From IMG/VR virus record IMGVR_UViG_3300045988_127269: 35,477 nucleotides of DNA; one strand, 5' to 3'. A program made the position numbers and the translations under genes. A model generated the notes under the pieces. That model was not told where the DNA came from. It was given only the letters and a program-made list of their open reading frames with translations, and searched no databases. Below, piece by piece: positions 8,068 to 17,560 of this stretch (position 1 is its first letter; each line of letters starts with the position of its first letter). This DNA is from a virus.

Positions 8068-8928
8068 CTACACTCCCAAATAAACTTTATAATATTTAAA
8101 ATATATATCTACTAACATATCAGTTGAGCCTTCATCGGCCAAATAACTAAAGTTATTATCACCAATTTCTAATTGGAAAAATGTAGAACCACTTTCAACA
8201 TAAGGAATCAAATTATATTCAACTGCATTTCTCGTTAATATTACAGATTTATTTCCTCTATTACAGTTAATCACTAGCTTATCATTTTTTATAAATTTAT
8301 AATCAATAATAAAATTTTCTCCTGTATTTACATTACGAACTTCCAATTTATTTACTATTCCTATAAATCGAACATCAATAATTAAACCTGTTTTACTTTC
8401 ACTTTCATTTATAATAGTTGTAATTTTTTCTAATTGCAATGAAGAAAATTCTACAGGTTCATCAATGTTTATTGAAAATGGAAATGTAAAACCTGCAATA
8501 GCTTTGGAAATGCTTTTTATAATAGTTTCAACATCTTTAAAATAAGGATTTGGACATAATATAGATATTTGAGCAACTTGTTTTTGTGTAAAAGGCGAAA
8601 CTTCCAAAGTTTGAACATATCCTTCAATATATACATCTCTTGAATTATTTTTATAATAAATTTTACACCATTCTTTGTTTCTGAAATACTTATATAATTT
8701 TTGCCTATTAGTTTCAAGATCTCCATTTATATAAATTGTAATTACTATTTCACGATTAGGAATTTTTGAACTAGTAAAAGAAGAGCCATCACCATTAGCA
8801 TAACTTGAAGTATTAATTGTCGCATTAGGAGGATTTAATCCTTCAATTTTTGTTACCTGAAAATTCTCTTCATTGTTTGTTAATTCTATTATTGAACCTT
8901 TTGTTGTTTCAATTTTTAATGAAAACAT
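8068..8928 (-). CDS. Distal tail (Dit)/phage tail family protein
   Basis: LKIETTKGSIIELTNN...VTKIEGLNPPNATINTS...GSSFTSSKIPNREIVITIYINGDLETNRQKLYKYF typical of Dit-type tail proteins. Confidence 0.85.
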   Translation of the reverse strand: MFSLKIETTKGSIIELTNNEENFQVTKIEGLNPPNATINTSSYANGDGSSFTSSKIPNREIVITIYINGDLETNRQKLYKYFRNKEWCKIYYKNNSRDVYIEGYVQTLEVSPFTQKQVAQISILCPNPYFKDVETIIKSISKAIAGFTFPFSINIDEPVEFSSLQLEKITTIINESESKTGLIIDVRFIGIVNKLEVRNVNTGENFIIDYKFIKNDKLVINCNRGNKSVILTRNAVEYNLIPYVESGSTFFQLEIGDNNFSYLADEGSTDMLVDIYFKYYKVYLGV

Positions 8929-8947
8929 TTCTATTACCTCCTAACTA

Positions 8948-11900
8948 TTATGTCGTAGCTGATACCAAATTTAATAAATTCTTTGTTTGTCTATATAATT
9001 CCAATCTTGAAGGTTGTTTATTAGCATTTATTACTTGAGTAAAGTTATTAACATTAGATGTTGTATTAGATATGTTGTTTGCATTATATGCATTACCTTT
9101 AAGTTGTTTTCGCATATCATCTGCTACTGCCTTTATCCAATATTTATTTCTTTCAAGTGGAACAACCGCTTCAGCTCCATTACCTTCTAGTAATCCAACT
9201 TGTCCTTTTCTTAATACTGTACCTCTTTCTAATTCAGGAATTTGAGGAACTGATATTCTAGAAATTAATCCTGAAAATGGTTTTGCACCTACAATTTCTA
9301 TATCTCTAATTTTGTCCAGTACATTATTAATTGCATTAAATGGAATAGAAACCACCTTATTTATTCCTCTAATAATTCCATTAACAATATTTTTAAATGC
9401 ATTAACAATTCCATCTTTTATTCCATCAAAAATTTTTCCTCCTGTTGAAAATACATCTTTAACTTTTTGCCATGCATTTTGGAATGTTTCTCTAAAGAAA
9501 TTTGCAACATTAGAAAATACATTTTTTATTCCATTCCATGCATTAGAAGCTCCATTTTTAAAATTATTCCACATATTTCCAAAGAAGTTTGCAACTGGTG
9601 TTATAACTGTAGATTGAAACCATGTCGCTACTGTTACGAATATTCCTTTTATACCTTCCCATGCTGTGCTTGCTGCATTTTTAATTCCATTCCATAAATT
9701 AGTAAAAAATTGTGTTAATGGTGTTATAACTGTATTCTGAAACCATGTTGCTACTACTGTAAATATTCCTTTTATACCTTCCCATGCTGTGTTTGCTGCA
9801 TTTTTTATTCCATTCCATAGATTAGTAAAAAATTGTGTTAATGGTGTTATAATATGTTCATTAAACCAATTTGAAACTACACCCCATATAAGTACAATTG
9901 CATTCCAACAACCTTGTGCTAATTGTGCAATTACTTGAAATACACTTGCTATAAAATTCCATATACTTGTAAACAGTTGTGTAAACCAAGAAACCAATGG
10001 TTGAAAAAAATTCTTAATTGGTGTAATTACCTTATCATTAAACCATTGGGCAACAGTAGACCATATATTCTTTATTCCTTCCCAAATATTTTGAAAGAAA
10101 TCTTTAACAGCCTTAAATCCATTTACAATTCCATTTTTAGCCTCTGTAAATTTATTTGTGAACCATGTACCAACTGATGAAAATATATTTTTTATATTTT
10201 GCCAAGCATCTCCAAAATGATCAGTTAGAAATTTATCAATATTTTGAAATACTTTTCCTATTGCTCCAAGAACATGATCTTTAAACCAAGACCCTACATT
10301 TGAAAATATTCCTTTTATATCTTCCCAAGCTCCTTTAAAATCTCCTGAAAAAACTTTTGTTATAGCAGAAAATAATAATTTTAAATTATCAAAAATCATT
10401 TTAAAATAACTTGTTACTGTATCCCATACAACTTTAATATTCTCCCAAGCCGTTTTGAAATATCCAACTATAAAATCAATAGCTGGTTGAACTGCTTTTT
10501 TTATATTTTCCCAAAGTCCAATCCAAAAATTTCTGAATTTTTCTGACTTGTTCCAAAGAACAACAAATGCTGCTACTAATCCTGCTATTAATGCAACTAC
10601 AATTCCTATCGGATTTGCACTCATTGCAACATTTAATAACCATTGTGCAACTGTCGCTCCTTCTTGTGCTGTTTTAAATGCTTGAAAAGCTTTTACTGCT
10701 TTAAATATCATATTTGAAACATTTAATGTTAGCATTGCTGTTGCCATTCCTGTAATTCCTGCAATTACTTCATCTTTATTATCAACAATCCATTTTATTA
10801 GTTCACTTATTTTAGGTGTTATCTCTCCAATTGCTTTTTTTATTCCATCAAGAGCACCTGCAATATTCTCTGCACCTATTTGTTCAATGATATTTGCTAG
10901 TCCGTTAGAAATTGCTGTTTTAACATTTGTCATACTTGTTTCAATTCCACCTGATGCGTCTAATGCTTGTTGTTGAAAAGAAGCTAAACTACCTCCACCA
11001 TCTGTATTCAACTTAACAATAGCATCTTTTATTTGTTGTGTTGTTACTTTTCCATCTTGCCATGCAGAAAATAAGTCTTGTGATTTTTTTCCTGCTCCCA
11101 TTACCGCTTCTGCTATTTGATTCATTTGAGCAGGCATTGCTCCATTTATAATAGTCCAACTTTGTAAATCAGGCTTTCCTTTTGCAATTATTTGATACCA
11201 TTGTTGCATTGCACTACTTGCTATTTCTTGCCCTTGTCCACCAGCCAATGTCGCATTGTTTAATGATAATGTAAGTTCTGTTGCTTCGTCTATGTTTCCA
11301 CTTAATGCTGCATATTGTTGTTGCATACTCATAATATTAGGCAATGTTGTTGGTAAGCCTTCAATTCCTTTTTTTAGTTTCTGAGTTGTATCTGTAACTG
11401 CATCTGTTGTATATCCTAAATTTTGCATTGTTTTTTTGTATGAATTTATTGTATCAACCCTTGCAATTGCAGAATTCAACTGTCCATTTATTTCACTTAC
11501 TAATTTTTTTATTCCACTCGATATTAAATTTGCTATTGTAGCATTTAATGTTGTAAAACCTTTATTAGCTTTTTCTGTATTTATATTACTTAAACTATTA
11601 TCCAATTCATCTGCAGCAGATGATGCATTTTCCAACTTTTCTTTATTAGTTTTTAGTTTTGTTGATAAGGTTTCAATATCTTTTGATAATGATTTTGCCT
11701 CTGCTGAATGTTTTCCTTGCTCTAATACTACATTTTGATATTTGCTTTTTAGTTCATCTAATTCTTTTTGTTGTTTTTCAATTTTACCAGTTAATGTTTC
11801 TGTTTGTGTTGCAACTCTATTTTCTTGGCTTTTTACTTCAGTTAACACACTATTATAGTTTTTTATTTCTTTTTCTGTTTTATTTACTGCACCTTGCTGT

Positions 11901-12334
11901 TCTAAAATTTTTGTTTTTAGATCATCAGAAGCCTTTTTGTTTGAAATTTGTTCTTGTTCTGCAAGTTTTAATTCTTTTTGATATTTTCTATATTCTTCCG
12001 AGGTTTTTGAAACACCTTTATCTGCTAAATCTTGTAACTTTGATTTTAAAATCTCTACAACTTTTCCATTTTCAGTATAAGCCTTATCCATTTCATTTTG
12101 TTGTTTTTTATAATTTTCTAACTTATTCTTTTGTTCTGTTAAAATTGTATTTAATGACTTTAATTTAGCACTTACCCCGTCACTCGATTTACTCCAATCA
12201 TCCATTCCTGCTGCAACTGCTTTAAACTCAGCTTGTGCTAATCTCATATTTTTATTTGCTTCGGTTATTCCTCTTTTTAAATCAGATATATCAGCTTTAT
12301 AATATGTTGTAATATCCTGACCTTTCGTAGACAT
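8948..12334 (-). CDS. Tape measure protein
   Basis: Very long ORF, coiled-coil N-term, repetitive WF-rich repeats, hydrophobic segment; start at ATG 12334 after GAGGTGG RBS (supplied ORF begins at 12370). Confidence 0.93.
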   Translation of the reverse strand: MSTKGQDITTYYKADISDLKRGITEANKNMRLAQAEFKAVAAGMDDWSKSSDGVSAKLKSLNTILTEQKNKLENYKKQQNEMDKAYTENGKVVEILKSKLQDLADKGVSKTSEEYRKYQKELKLAEQEQISNKKASDDLKTKILEQQGAVNKTEKEIKNYNSVLTEVKSQENRVATQTETLTGKIEKQQKELDELKSKYQNVVLEQGKHSAEAKSLSKDIETLSTKLKTNKEKLENASSAADELDNSLSNINTEKANKGFTTLNATIANLISSGIKKLVSEINGQLNSAIARVDTINSYKKTMQNLGYTTDAVTDTTQKLKKGIEGLPTTLPNIMSMQQQYAALSGNIDEATELTLSLNNATLAGGQGQEIASSAMQQWYQIIAKGKPDLQSWTIINGAMPAQMNQIAEAVMGAGKKSQDLFSAWQDGKVTTQQIKDAIVKLNTDGGGSLASFQQQALDASGGIETSMTNVKTAISNGLANIIEQIGAENIAGALDGIKKAIGEITPKISELIKWIVDNKDEVIAGITGMATAMLTLNVSNMIFKAVKAFQAFKTAQEGATVAQWLLNVAMSANPIGIVVALIAGLVAAFVVLWNKSEKFRNFWIGLWENIKKAVQPAIDFIVGYFKTAWENIKVVWDTVTSYFKMIFDNLKLLFSAITKVFSGDFKGAWEDIKGIFSNVGSWFKDHVLGAIGKVFQNIDKFLTDHFGDAWQNIKNIFSSVGTWFTNKFTEAKNGIVNGFKAVKDFFQNIWEGIKNIWSTVAQWFNDKVITPIKNFFQPLVSWFTQLFTSIWNFIASVFQVIAQLAQGCWNAIVLIWGVVSNWFNEHIITPLTQFFTNLWNGIKNAANTAWEGIKGIFTVVATWFQNTVITPLTQFFTNLWNGIKNAASTAWEGIKGIFVTVATWFQSTVITPVANFFGNMWNNFKNGASNAWNGIKNVFSNVANFFRETFQNAWQKVKDVFSTGGKIFDGIKDGIVNAFKNIVNGIIRGINKVVSIPFNAINNVLDKIRDIEIVGAKPFSGLISRISVPQIPELERGTVLRKGQVGLLEGNGAEAVVPLERNKYWIKAVADDMRKQLKGNAYNANNISNTTSNVNNFTQVINANKQPSRLELYRQTKNLLNLVSATT
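9490..9865 (-). repeat. Tandem 123-bp (41-aa) repeats within tape measure gene
   Basis: Protein copies ITPLTQFFTNLWNGIKNAANTAWEGIKGIFTVVATWFQNTV / ITPLTQFFTNLWNGIKNAASTAWEGIKGIFVTVATWFQSTV / ITPVANFFGNMWNNFKNGASNAWNGIKNVFSNV; GAAACCATG marker spaced 9616 to 9739 = 123 bp. Confidence 0.85.
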
Positions 12335-12394
12335 GTTTCCACCTCTTTTCTTAAATACATAAAAAAGCACTAGCTATAATAGCCAATGCTTTTT

Positions 12395-12960
12395 TTAATC
12401 TGTTACTGGTACATAACATCTTTTTTTACCATTTACCTCTTTAATATGTGTTTTGCTTTCCCTTTTGTTTGATCTATTATTAAGTCTTCTAACTAATAAC
12501 ATAACTGTAGAAAATCGCTGTTTTCTAATATCAAATGGGCTCAAACTCGGAAAAGTTTCGCATATACTAATTTGTAAATCAAAAAGTATTTCATAGAGGG
12601 AAACGTCATCATAGTTTCCCTTATTTAGTTTTTTTCATCTACACCTTTATTTATTTCTAATATACTAGATTTTACAATTGCAACTAATACTTTTGTTATA
12701 TCTTTAACTTTTGTGTTTTTTAATTCACTATCTGTTAAACCTTCGAATACATCTTTTAGCAATTCTTTTATTGTTCCCATTCCCTTTGGAATAGCTTTTA
12801 CAACTACCATTGCTATTTCTGTATCAGTACCAGTTTTTATTTGATCTACATCTATTAAGTCCATAAAATCCTCTACTGTTCCAAACATTAAATCGTATGT
12901 ATCAGTTGAGTATGTTTTTTCTATGTTCTTTTTATTATAAATATTTAATTTTAATTCCAT
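12395..12960 (-). CDS. Extended tail assembly chaperone made by -1 programmed frameshift (G-T type)
   Basis: 0-frame ends ...GAT GAA AAA AAC TAA; slippery A_AAA_AAC at 12634-12628; -1 frame is open to TAA at 12395-12397 (…KKLNKGNYDDVSLYEILFDLQISICETFPSLSPFDIRKQRFSTVMLLVRRLNNRSNK…YVPVTD). Confidence 0.82.
12625..12960 (-). CDS. Tail assembly chaperone (short, 0-frame product)
   Basis: Located between major tail protein and tape measure; 111 aa. Confidence 0.8.
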   Translation of the reverse strand: MELKLNIYNKKNIEKTYSTDTYDLMFGTVEDFMDLIDVDQIKTGTDTEIAMVVVKAIPKGMGTIKELLKDVFEGLTDSELKNTKVKDITKVLVAIVKSSILEINKGVDEKN

Positions 12961-12983
12961 TTTCTATTTCCTTTCTTTCAAAA

Positions 12984-13592
12984 TTAGGCTGTAGCTTTCA
13001 AATCATCAGGTGTTGTTACTTTATCGAAGAATGTATCTAGATTTGCTTTTCCATCATTATCTACACTTAAATATTTACAAGGTTTATTTCCTGCCTTTGC
13101 AAATTTTACAGCTGTTTGTATTGATGTATATGTATATTCCATATTTGTAGCATCAGTACCATCATTCTTTGTATTATGTGTTTTGTTTCCACCAGTAAAT
13201 TTTCCTTTATAAATCCAGTTATATTCTTCTACACCACTAACAGTATCAGCAATATAACCTAATGCAAAGTATTTTTTCTTCTTTTGAGTACCAATTAAAG
13301 CTCCTGTTGCTTCATCATATGTTGTTCCTTCAATTAGTGCTCTTGTTTTCTTTTCTACAACTGATACTGTTAATGTATATGTATCAGCTCCTTCTGAATC
13401 AACAACAATAGCAGCCATATCATCATAATAATGTGTTTCACTTGATTCGCTTACTTCTCCACTTACGGCTTGTACTCCAGCTAATCTTATTACATCACCA
13501 TAAGTAGCAACTGTTTCTCCCTTTTCATTAACTGTTTCAGTTAATTCGGCAACAACCAAATTTTTTACACCTCTATATTCTTCAAATTTCAT
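12984..13592 (-). CDS. Major tail (tube) protein, phi13-like
   Basis: MKFEEYRGVKNLVVAELTE...YGDVIRLAGVQAVSGEVSESSETHYYDDMAAIVVDSEGAD; order in tail module. Confidence 0.87.
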   Translation of the reverse strand: MKFEEYRGVKNLVVAELTETVNEKGETVATYGDVIRLAGVQAVSGEVSESSETHYYDDMAAIVVDSEGADTYTLTVSVVEKKTRALIEGTTYDEATGALIGTQKKKKYFALGYIADTVSGVEEYNWIYKGKFTGGNKTHNTKNDGTDATNMEYTYTSIQTAVKFAKAGNKPCKYLSVDNDGKANLDTFFDKVTTPDDLKATA

Positions 13593-13605
13593 TGTTTTTT
13601 TCCTC

Positions 13606-13947
13606 CTATTTTTCAATTATTTGGACATTTATACCACGTCCGGTATGGGTAGGTTCATCACTAATAAGATCATGACCTTTACCATTTACAATAAATTCTT
13701 TTTTTATTAATTTTTCTTTTGCATCTAGCAATAATTTATTTATTTTTTCAGGATCACTTGAATAGACATTTAAGTCAAAATCCCATATATAAGTATTAGA
13801 TTCGTTATCATAATGAGAACCATCATCACTTGTATTATTCCAAAATGTAAAAAAAGTTTCAGGGTAATTTTCATCTTCACTTAAAGATCCTTGTTTAATA
13901 ATTGGATATCCCATCTCTTTTATTGTTTTTATTAATAATTCTTCCAT
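13606..13947 (-). CDS. Tail completion/terminator-like protein
   Basis: Size and position between gp10-like and tail tube; TFFTFWNNTSDDGSHYDNE...YVYSSDPEKI-type motif. Confidence 0.7.
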   Translation of the reverse strand: MEELLIKTIKEMGYPIIKQGSLSEDENYPETFFTFWNNTSDDGSHYDNESNTYIWDFDLNVYSSDPEKINKLLLDAKEKLIKKEFIVNGKGHDLISDEPTHTGRGINVQIIEK

Positions 13948-14390
13948 TACATTCCCTCCAATTTTCTCAATTCACTAAAAAATATATCTTCTTGCTTTTC
14001 AATAACTTCATCATGAGTTTTTTTACCCCAAAATGTATCATACATTTTTTGATTCTTCATATACCTTGGTGTTCCATATATCATAAAAATTGAAGCCAGT
14101 CCTCCTTGGCTTATGCTAAAACCTACTGGTACACTTCCAACAGTTCCATTCCATTGAATGTTAGCATCTTTTTTTAAAGCTTTTGCAGTTTGACCTGTTG
14201 AGTATTTTCCTTTTGCAGGTAAATTATTCTTTTGAACTGCTACTCCTGCCTTTTGAGTTATTATTTTATGAGTTTCAATAAGACCTTTATTGGTTATCTC
14301 TTTTACATTACCATTTAATGTATTCATTTTTGAAATAACTTCATCAAATCCTTCAAACTCTATTCCCATTTTGTTTTTATATTTACTCAT
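13947..14390 (-). CDS. HK97 gp10-like head-tail protein
   Basis: FEGFDEVISKMNTL...KAGVAVQKNNLPAKGKYSTGQTAKAL pattern and gene order. Confidence 0.8.
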   Translation of the reverse strand: MSKYKNKMGIEFEGFDEVISKMNTLNGNVKEITNKGLIETHKIITQKAGVAVQKNNLPAKGKYSTGQTAKALKKDANIQWNGTVGSVPVGFSISQGGLASIFMIYGTPRYMKNQKMYDTFWGKKTHDEVIEKQEDIFFSELRKLEGM

Positions 14391-14396
14391 AATTTT

Positions 14397-14786
14397 TTAA
14401 GCTCCACCTTTAATTCTTTTTATTTTAAATTTTAAAAATTGGTGTCTTTGGTTTATATCTTCCGGTTCATTTATAATATCAAATATAGCCCCATCATTAG
14501 CTCTTGCAATTCTGCAAGCACTAGTAATATCAGGTCTATACATAGTTTCAATATTGGCTGTATCTTCAATAGAATACACACCATTTACATTTCGTTCTGT
14601 ACCACCATACGTTTTAAAACTACCAAAGAATAGATTAATTGAATTTCCTTTTTTATCTTTAACATTTAAAGCCTCTTCTATTGATGGATATTCTTTTTTT
14701 ACTACTCCCCTAACATTATTAATTGACTTTGGTATTAATAAAATAAGTGGTATAGGATTTGTTATATTTATTGAAAATCCACTCAT
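14397..14786 (-). CDS. Head closure/head-tail joining protein
   Basis: Gene order; FFGSFKTYGGTERNVNGVYSIEDTANIETMYRPDI. Confidence 0.65.
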   Translation of the reverse strand: MSGFSINITNPIPLILLIPKSINNVRGVVKKEYPSIEEALNVKDKKGNSINLFFGSFKTYGGTERNVNGVYSIEDTANIETMYRPDITSACRIARANDGAIFDIINEPEDINQRHQFLKFKIKRIKGGA

Positions 14787-15034
14787 TTTTCATCACCATC
14801 CTTAAGTGCTAATTGAGTGGCTCTTTGCCAAAAATATGTTGATAAATTTGATTTTTGAAAATAAACATCATCAATACCTCTTGCAATTACTCCAGCTGAT
14901 TTTTCATCATTAACAATAGATGGTGCTATTCCCCCATCTATCATTAATTGTTTGATTTCATCAATCCAGCCTTGAATAATATCATCTTGGTAATTTCCTG
15001 TAATTCCCAAGCATTCCTTTACTTTTTCTAACAT
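14783..15034 (-). CDS. Head-tail connector (gp6-like)
   Basis: LEKVKECLGITGNYQDDIIQGWIDEIKQLMIDGGI typical of head-tail connectors. Confidence 0.8.
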   Translation of the reverse strand: MLEKVKECLGITGNYQDDIIQGWIDEIKQLMIDGGIAPSIVNDEKSAGVIARGIDDVYFQKSNLSTYFWQRATQLALKDGDEK

Positions 15035-15049
15035 ATTACTGCTCCTTTT

Positions 15050-15475
15050 TTAGTCTACTTTTTCAACTAATCTTCTTGTATCAGATAATAATTCACTTGC
15101 TCTTTCTTTCTCAAATTCAACAATATCATTTTCTTTATAGTCTCTATCATTGTATTTGTCTGTAAATGCAATTCTAATTTTAAGTCTTATTTTTTCATTA
15201 TCTGATCTTTTGTTGTTTGTCTTTCTACTTGTTTTTTCTTTCTCTTCTTGTTCTTCTAAATGTTCTGTCTTTTCTTCAGTTTTTTCTGTAGATTCTTCAT
15301 CTACATCAGTATTTTTTTCAATTGTAACTTCAGGTGAATTAACATCTATTACATCATTTTCCTTTAAATCTTCTCCTGATACAATATCATTTTCATTAAT
15401 TACAACTTGTTCTTTTTCAACAATTTCATTTTTTTCAACAGTTGTTTCATTTGCTTGATTTTGTGTTTTTGCCAT
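15050..15475 (-). CDS. Acidic phage head-module protein (hypothetical)
   Basis: ORF with RBS between capsid and connector genes; highly charged N-terminus. Confidence 0.6.
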   Translation of the reverse strand: MAKTQNQANETTVEKNEIVEKEQVVINENDIVSGEDLKENDVIDVNSPEVTIEKNTDVDEESTEKTEEKTEHLEEQEEKEKTSRKTNNKRSDNEKIRLKIRIAFTDKYNDRDYKENDIVEFEKERASELLSDTRRLVEKVD

Positions 15476-15531
15476 TTTATATACTCTCCTTTTTAAAAAT
15501 AATGAATTAAGGGGATTATCATCCCCTCATC

Positions 15532-16920
15532 TTACCCTTTTACAGATTTTTTTAATAAATAGATATAGTTTGTGTTTAATGGTTTACCATCTAAAATAAC
15601 TAAACCTTTTGTAATCCATTTGTTTTTATCTTCATCGAAATATCTCTTATATCCAAATGTCATATTTGAGTTAATACCATAAGCTTTTTCAGGAACCCAG
15701 AATATTCCAAAATATTCTCCATTTGCACATAAATCAAATGATTTGAATAAATCTTGTTCTGTTCTAAGTACAGGATATTCATTGAATTTATATTGTTTAT
15801 CACTAGCATCAAATCCAGCCTTATTTATTGGTTGATTATTAGCATCTTTTAAAGTACATAAATTACCTACATAAGTTTGTTTTGCCATAGCAAATTCAGG
15901 ATTAGCTCCTTCCATTCCTAAAGGTATATTAGCAAATAATTTTTTCTCCCATGCTGTCCAATCAGCAATTTCCTCTTCTGTAAATTCTATAATATTAGCT
16001 GCTGGAATTCTTTTTAATCCTGCTGCAACATCTGTAAGTATTCCTGTTGGTTGTGCATTTCCTGTACCTTTTAAAACTGCTATATCTCTAGCTTTTAAAT
16101 AAGCTGATAATAAAGCATTTATTAATTCTTTTTCAAATACTTCTACACTTAATATGCTTTGTAGTAAAGATTGTGCTATTCTTATTTCTCCTATATGGTA
16201 AGAGAATACAACGCTTCCTTTAGCTCCATCTACTTTTTGATCTGCACTAACACCATGTTCTTTGTCATTTCCTTCCGTTCCACTCCATGTGAATGTTGCG
16301 TCAAAATCAGCTATTGGAACTTCAACACCACCTTGAACATTTAACATACGAACTCTTGAAGAAAATTGTCCATATGAACCTTCTATTTTTTTGATTAATT
16401 CTTGTAATACTGTATGTGGAATTAATACTCCTAATTCTTCACTTGTTACTTCTCCTGCTGCTCTTGTTTCAGCACGATATTGTGTTAATATTTCATTTAA
16501 TTTTGCACTTCTTGTTCCTGTTTGAGCATATTGTTTGAATGCCATTCTATATTCCATTGAAGAAAGTATATCTTCTTCATTATTTGAAGCTTGTCCTCTT
16601 TGATTCATTTTTGCTCCTCCTATGACATTTAAAACTGCATTTGGATTAAATCCATTTGCACTTCTTCCTTCGTCTGCTTTATCATCTTTTTTGTCATCTT
16701 TTTTATCTTCTGCACCATCATCATTGCTATCACCATTTCCGTTGTCATCCTCTAATTTTTTTAGTTGTTCCTCTGCATCATTAATTTCATCTCTTAATGC
16801 TATTAGTGTTTCTCCTAAACTTCTTACCTCATCAATATCTTGTGAGTTTTTCATTCTTTCTTCTTTGTCCTTTAATTCTTTTCTTTTTCTTTCAATTAAA
16901 CTTTGTAAAAATTTTTTCAT
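15532..16920 (-). CDS. HK97-family major capsid protein
   Basis: N-terminal scaffold-like coiled coil, then GVLIPHTVLQELIKKIEGSYGQFSSRVRMLNVQGGVEVPIAD...SLLQSILSVEVFEKELINALLSAYLKARDIAVLKGTGNAQPTGIL. Confidence 0.92.
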   Translation of the reverse strand: MKKFLQSLIERKRKELKDKEERMKNSQDIDEVRSLGETLIALRDEINDAEEQLKKLEDDNGNGDSNDDGAEDKKDDKKDDKADEGRSANGFNPNAVLNVIGGAKMNQRGQASNNEEDILSSMEYRMAFKQYAQTGTRSAKLNEILTQYRAETRAAGEVTSEELGVLIPHTVLQELIKKIEGSYGQFSSRVRMLNVQGGVEVPIADFDATFTWSGTEGNDKEHGVSADQKVDGAKGSVVFSYHIGEIRIAQSLLQSILSVEVFEKELINALLSAYLKARDIAVLKGTGNAQPTGILTDVAAGLKRIPAANIIEFTEEEIADWTAWEKKLFANIPLGMEGANPEFAMAKQTYVGNLCTLKDANNQPINKAGFDASDKQYKFNEYPVLRTEQDLFKSFDLCANGEYFGIFWVPEKAYGINSNMTFGYKRYFDEDKNKWITKGLVILDGKPLNTNYIYLLKKSVKG

Positions 16921-16921
16921 T

Positions 16922-17560
16922 TTAAAATCCTCCTAATAAATATTTTATTTTTAGCTTTTCAAGCTCTAATTGTTTTGGAGTAGTCTCCACCGCTCCACTT
17001 CTAGCAGTGTCCACCGCTAGTCGTGCAGTATCCACCGCACTTTTATCTCTAGCAGATATTGAAGTATCTTCATATGCAGGAAATGTAACTGCACTAACTT
17101 CAACAACTGTTGAAATTGATTTAATATGTCTTGTTGGATAATCTGTGTCTAAATCTTCCCATTCTTCATCTTCGATTCCAAACATAAAAGACATACCTGT
17201 TATGTCTCCTCTCTCTATTGCACTATATAAATTTCTAGCTTCTGTATTATTTTCTATATCTAATTCAACTTGAATTTCCATTCCTTTATCATCAACAGAT
17301 AACTGCATTGTTGAATTTTTTGTATTTCTTCTTGATCTTGCAAGAGGTATCTTTGATTGATCATGATTTACTAAAAATCTAACATCCTCTAAATTCGTAT
17401 TTTTCAATGCTCCTTTTTCAATTACCTCTGCAAACATTCCTGCAATATCAGTTTTACTTTCATATACTATTGGCCTTCCAATTATTATATTTCCTCTTTT
17501 TTCATCTTTTTGAGCACGTATATCGAAGTCATAATTTCTTCTAATTAACTCCTTGTTCAT
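16922..17560 (-). CDS. HK97-family prohead protease
   Basis: GNIIIGRPIVYESKTDI...VRFLVNHDQSKIPLARSRRNT...GDITGMSFMFGI; start ATG 17560 with GGTGGAGG RBS. Confidence 0.92.
   Translation of the reverse strand: MNKELIRRNYDFDIRAQKDEKRGNIIIGRPIVYESKTDIAGMFAEVIEKGALKNTNLEDVRFLVNHDQSKIPLARSRRNTKNSTMQLSVDDKGMEIQVELDIENNTEARNLYSAIERGDITGMSFMFGIEDEEWEDLDTDYPTRHIKSISTVVEVSAVTFPAYEDTSISARDKSAVDTARLAVDTARSGAVETTPKQLELEKLKIKYLLGGF

Noticed and set aside
9312-12168. Several plus-strand ORFs (9312-9617, 9467-9697, 9923-10177, 11436-11738, 11659-12168) antisense to the tape measure gene
   Set aside because: They overlap a confidently called 3.4-kb gene, have low-complexity hydrophobic or antisense-like composition, lack RBS context and show no family-like motifs.
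16622-16936. Plus-strand ORFs 16622-16936, 15150-15458, 14554-14805 and 18001-18306 antisense to structural genes
   Set aside because: They mirror long minus-strand structural genes and have Ser/Phe/Leu-rich antisense composition.
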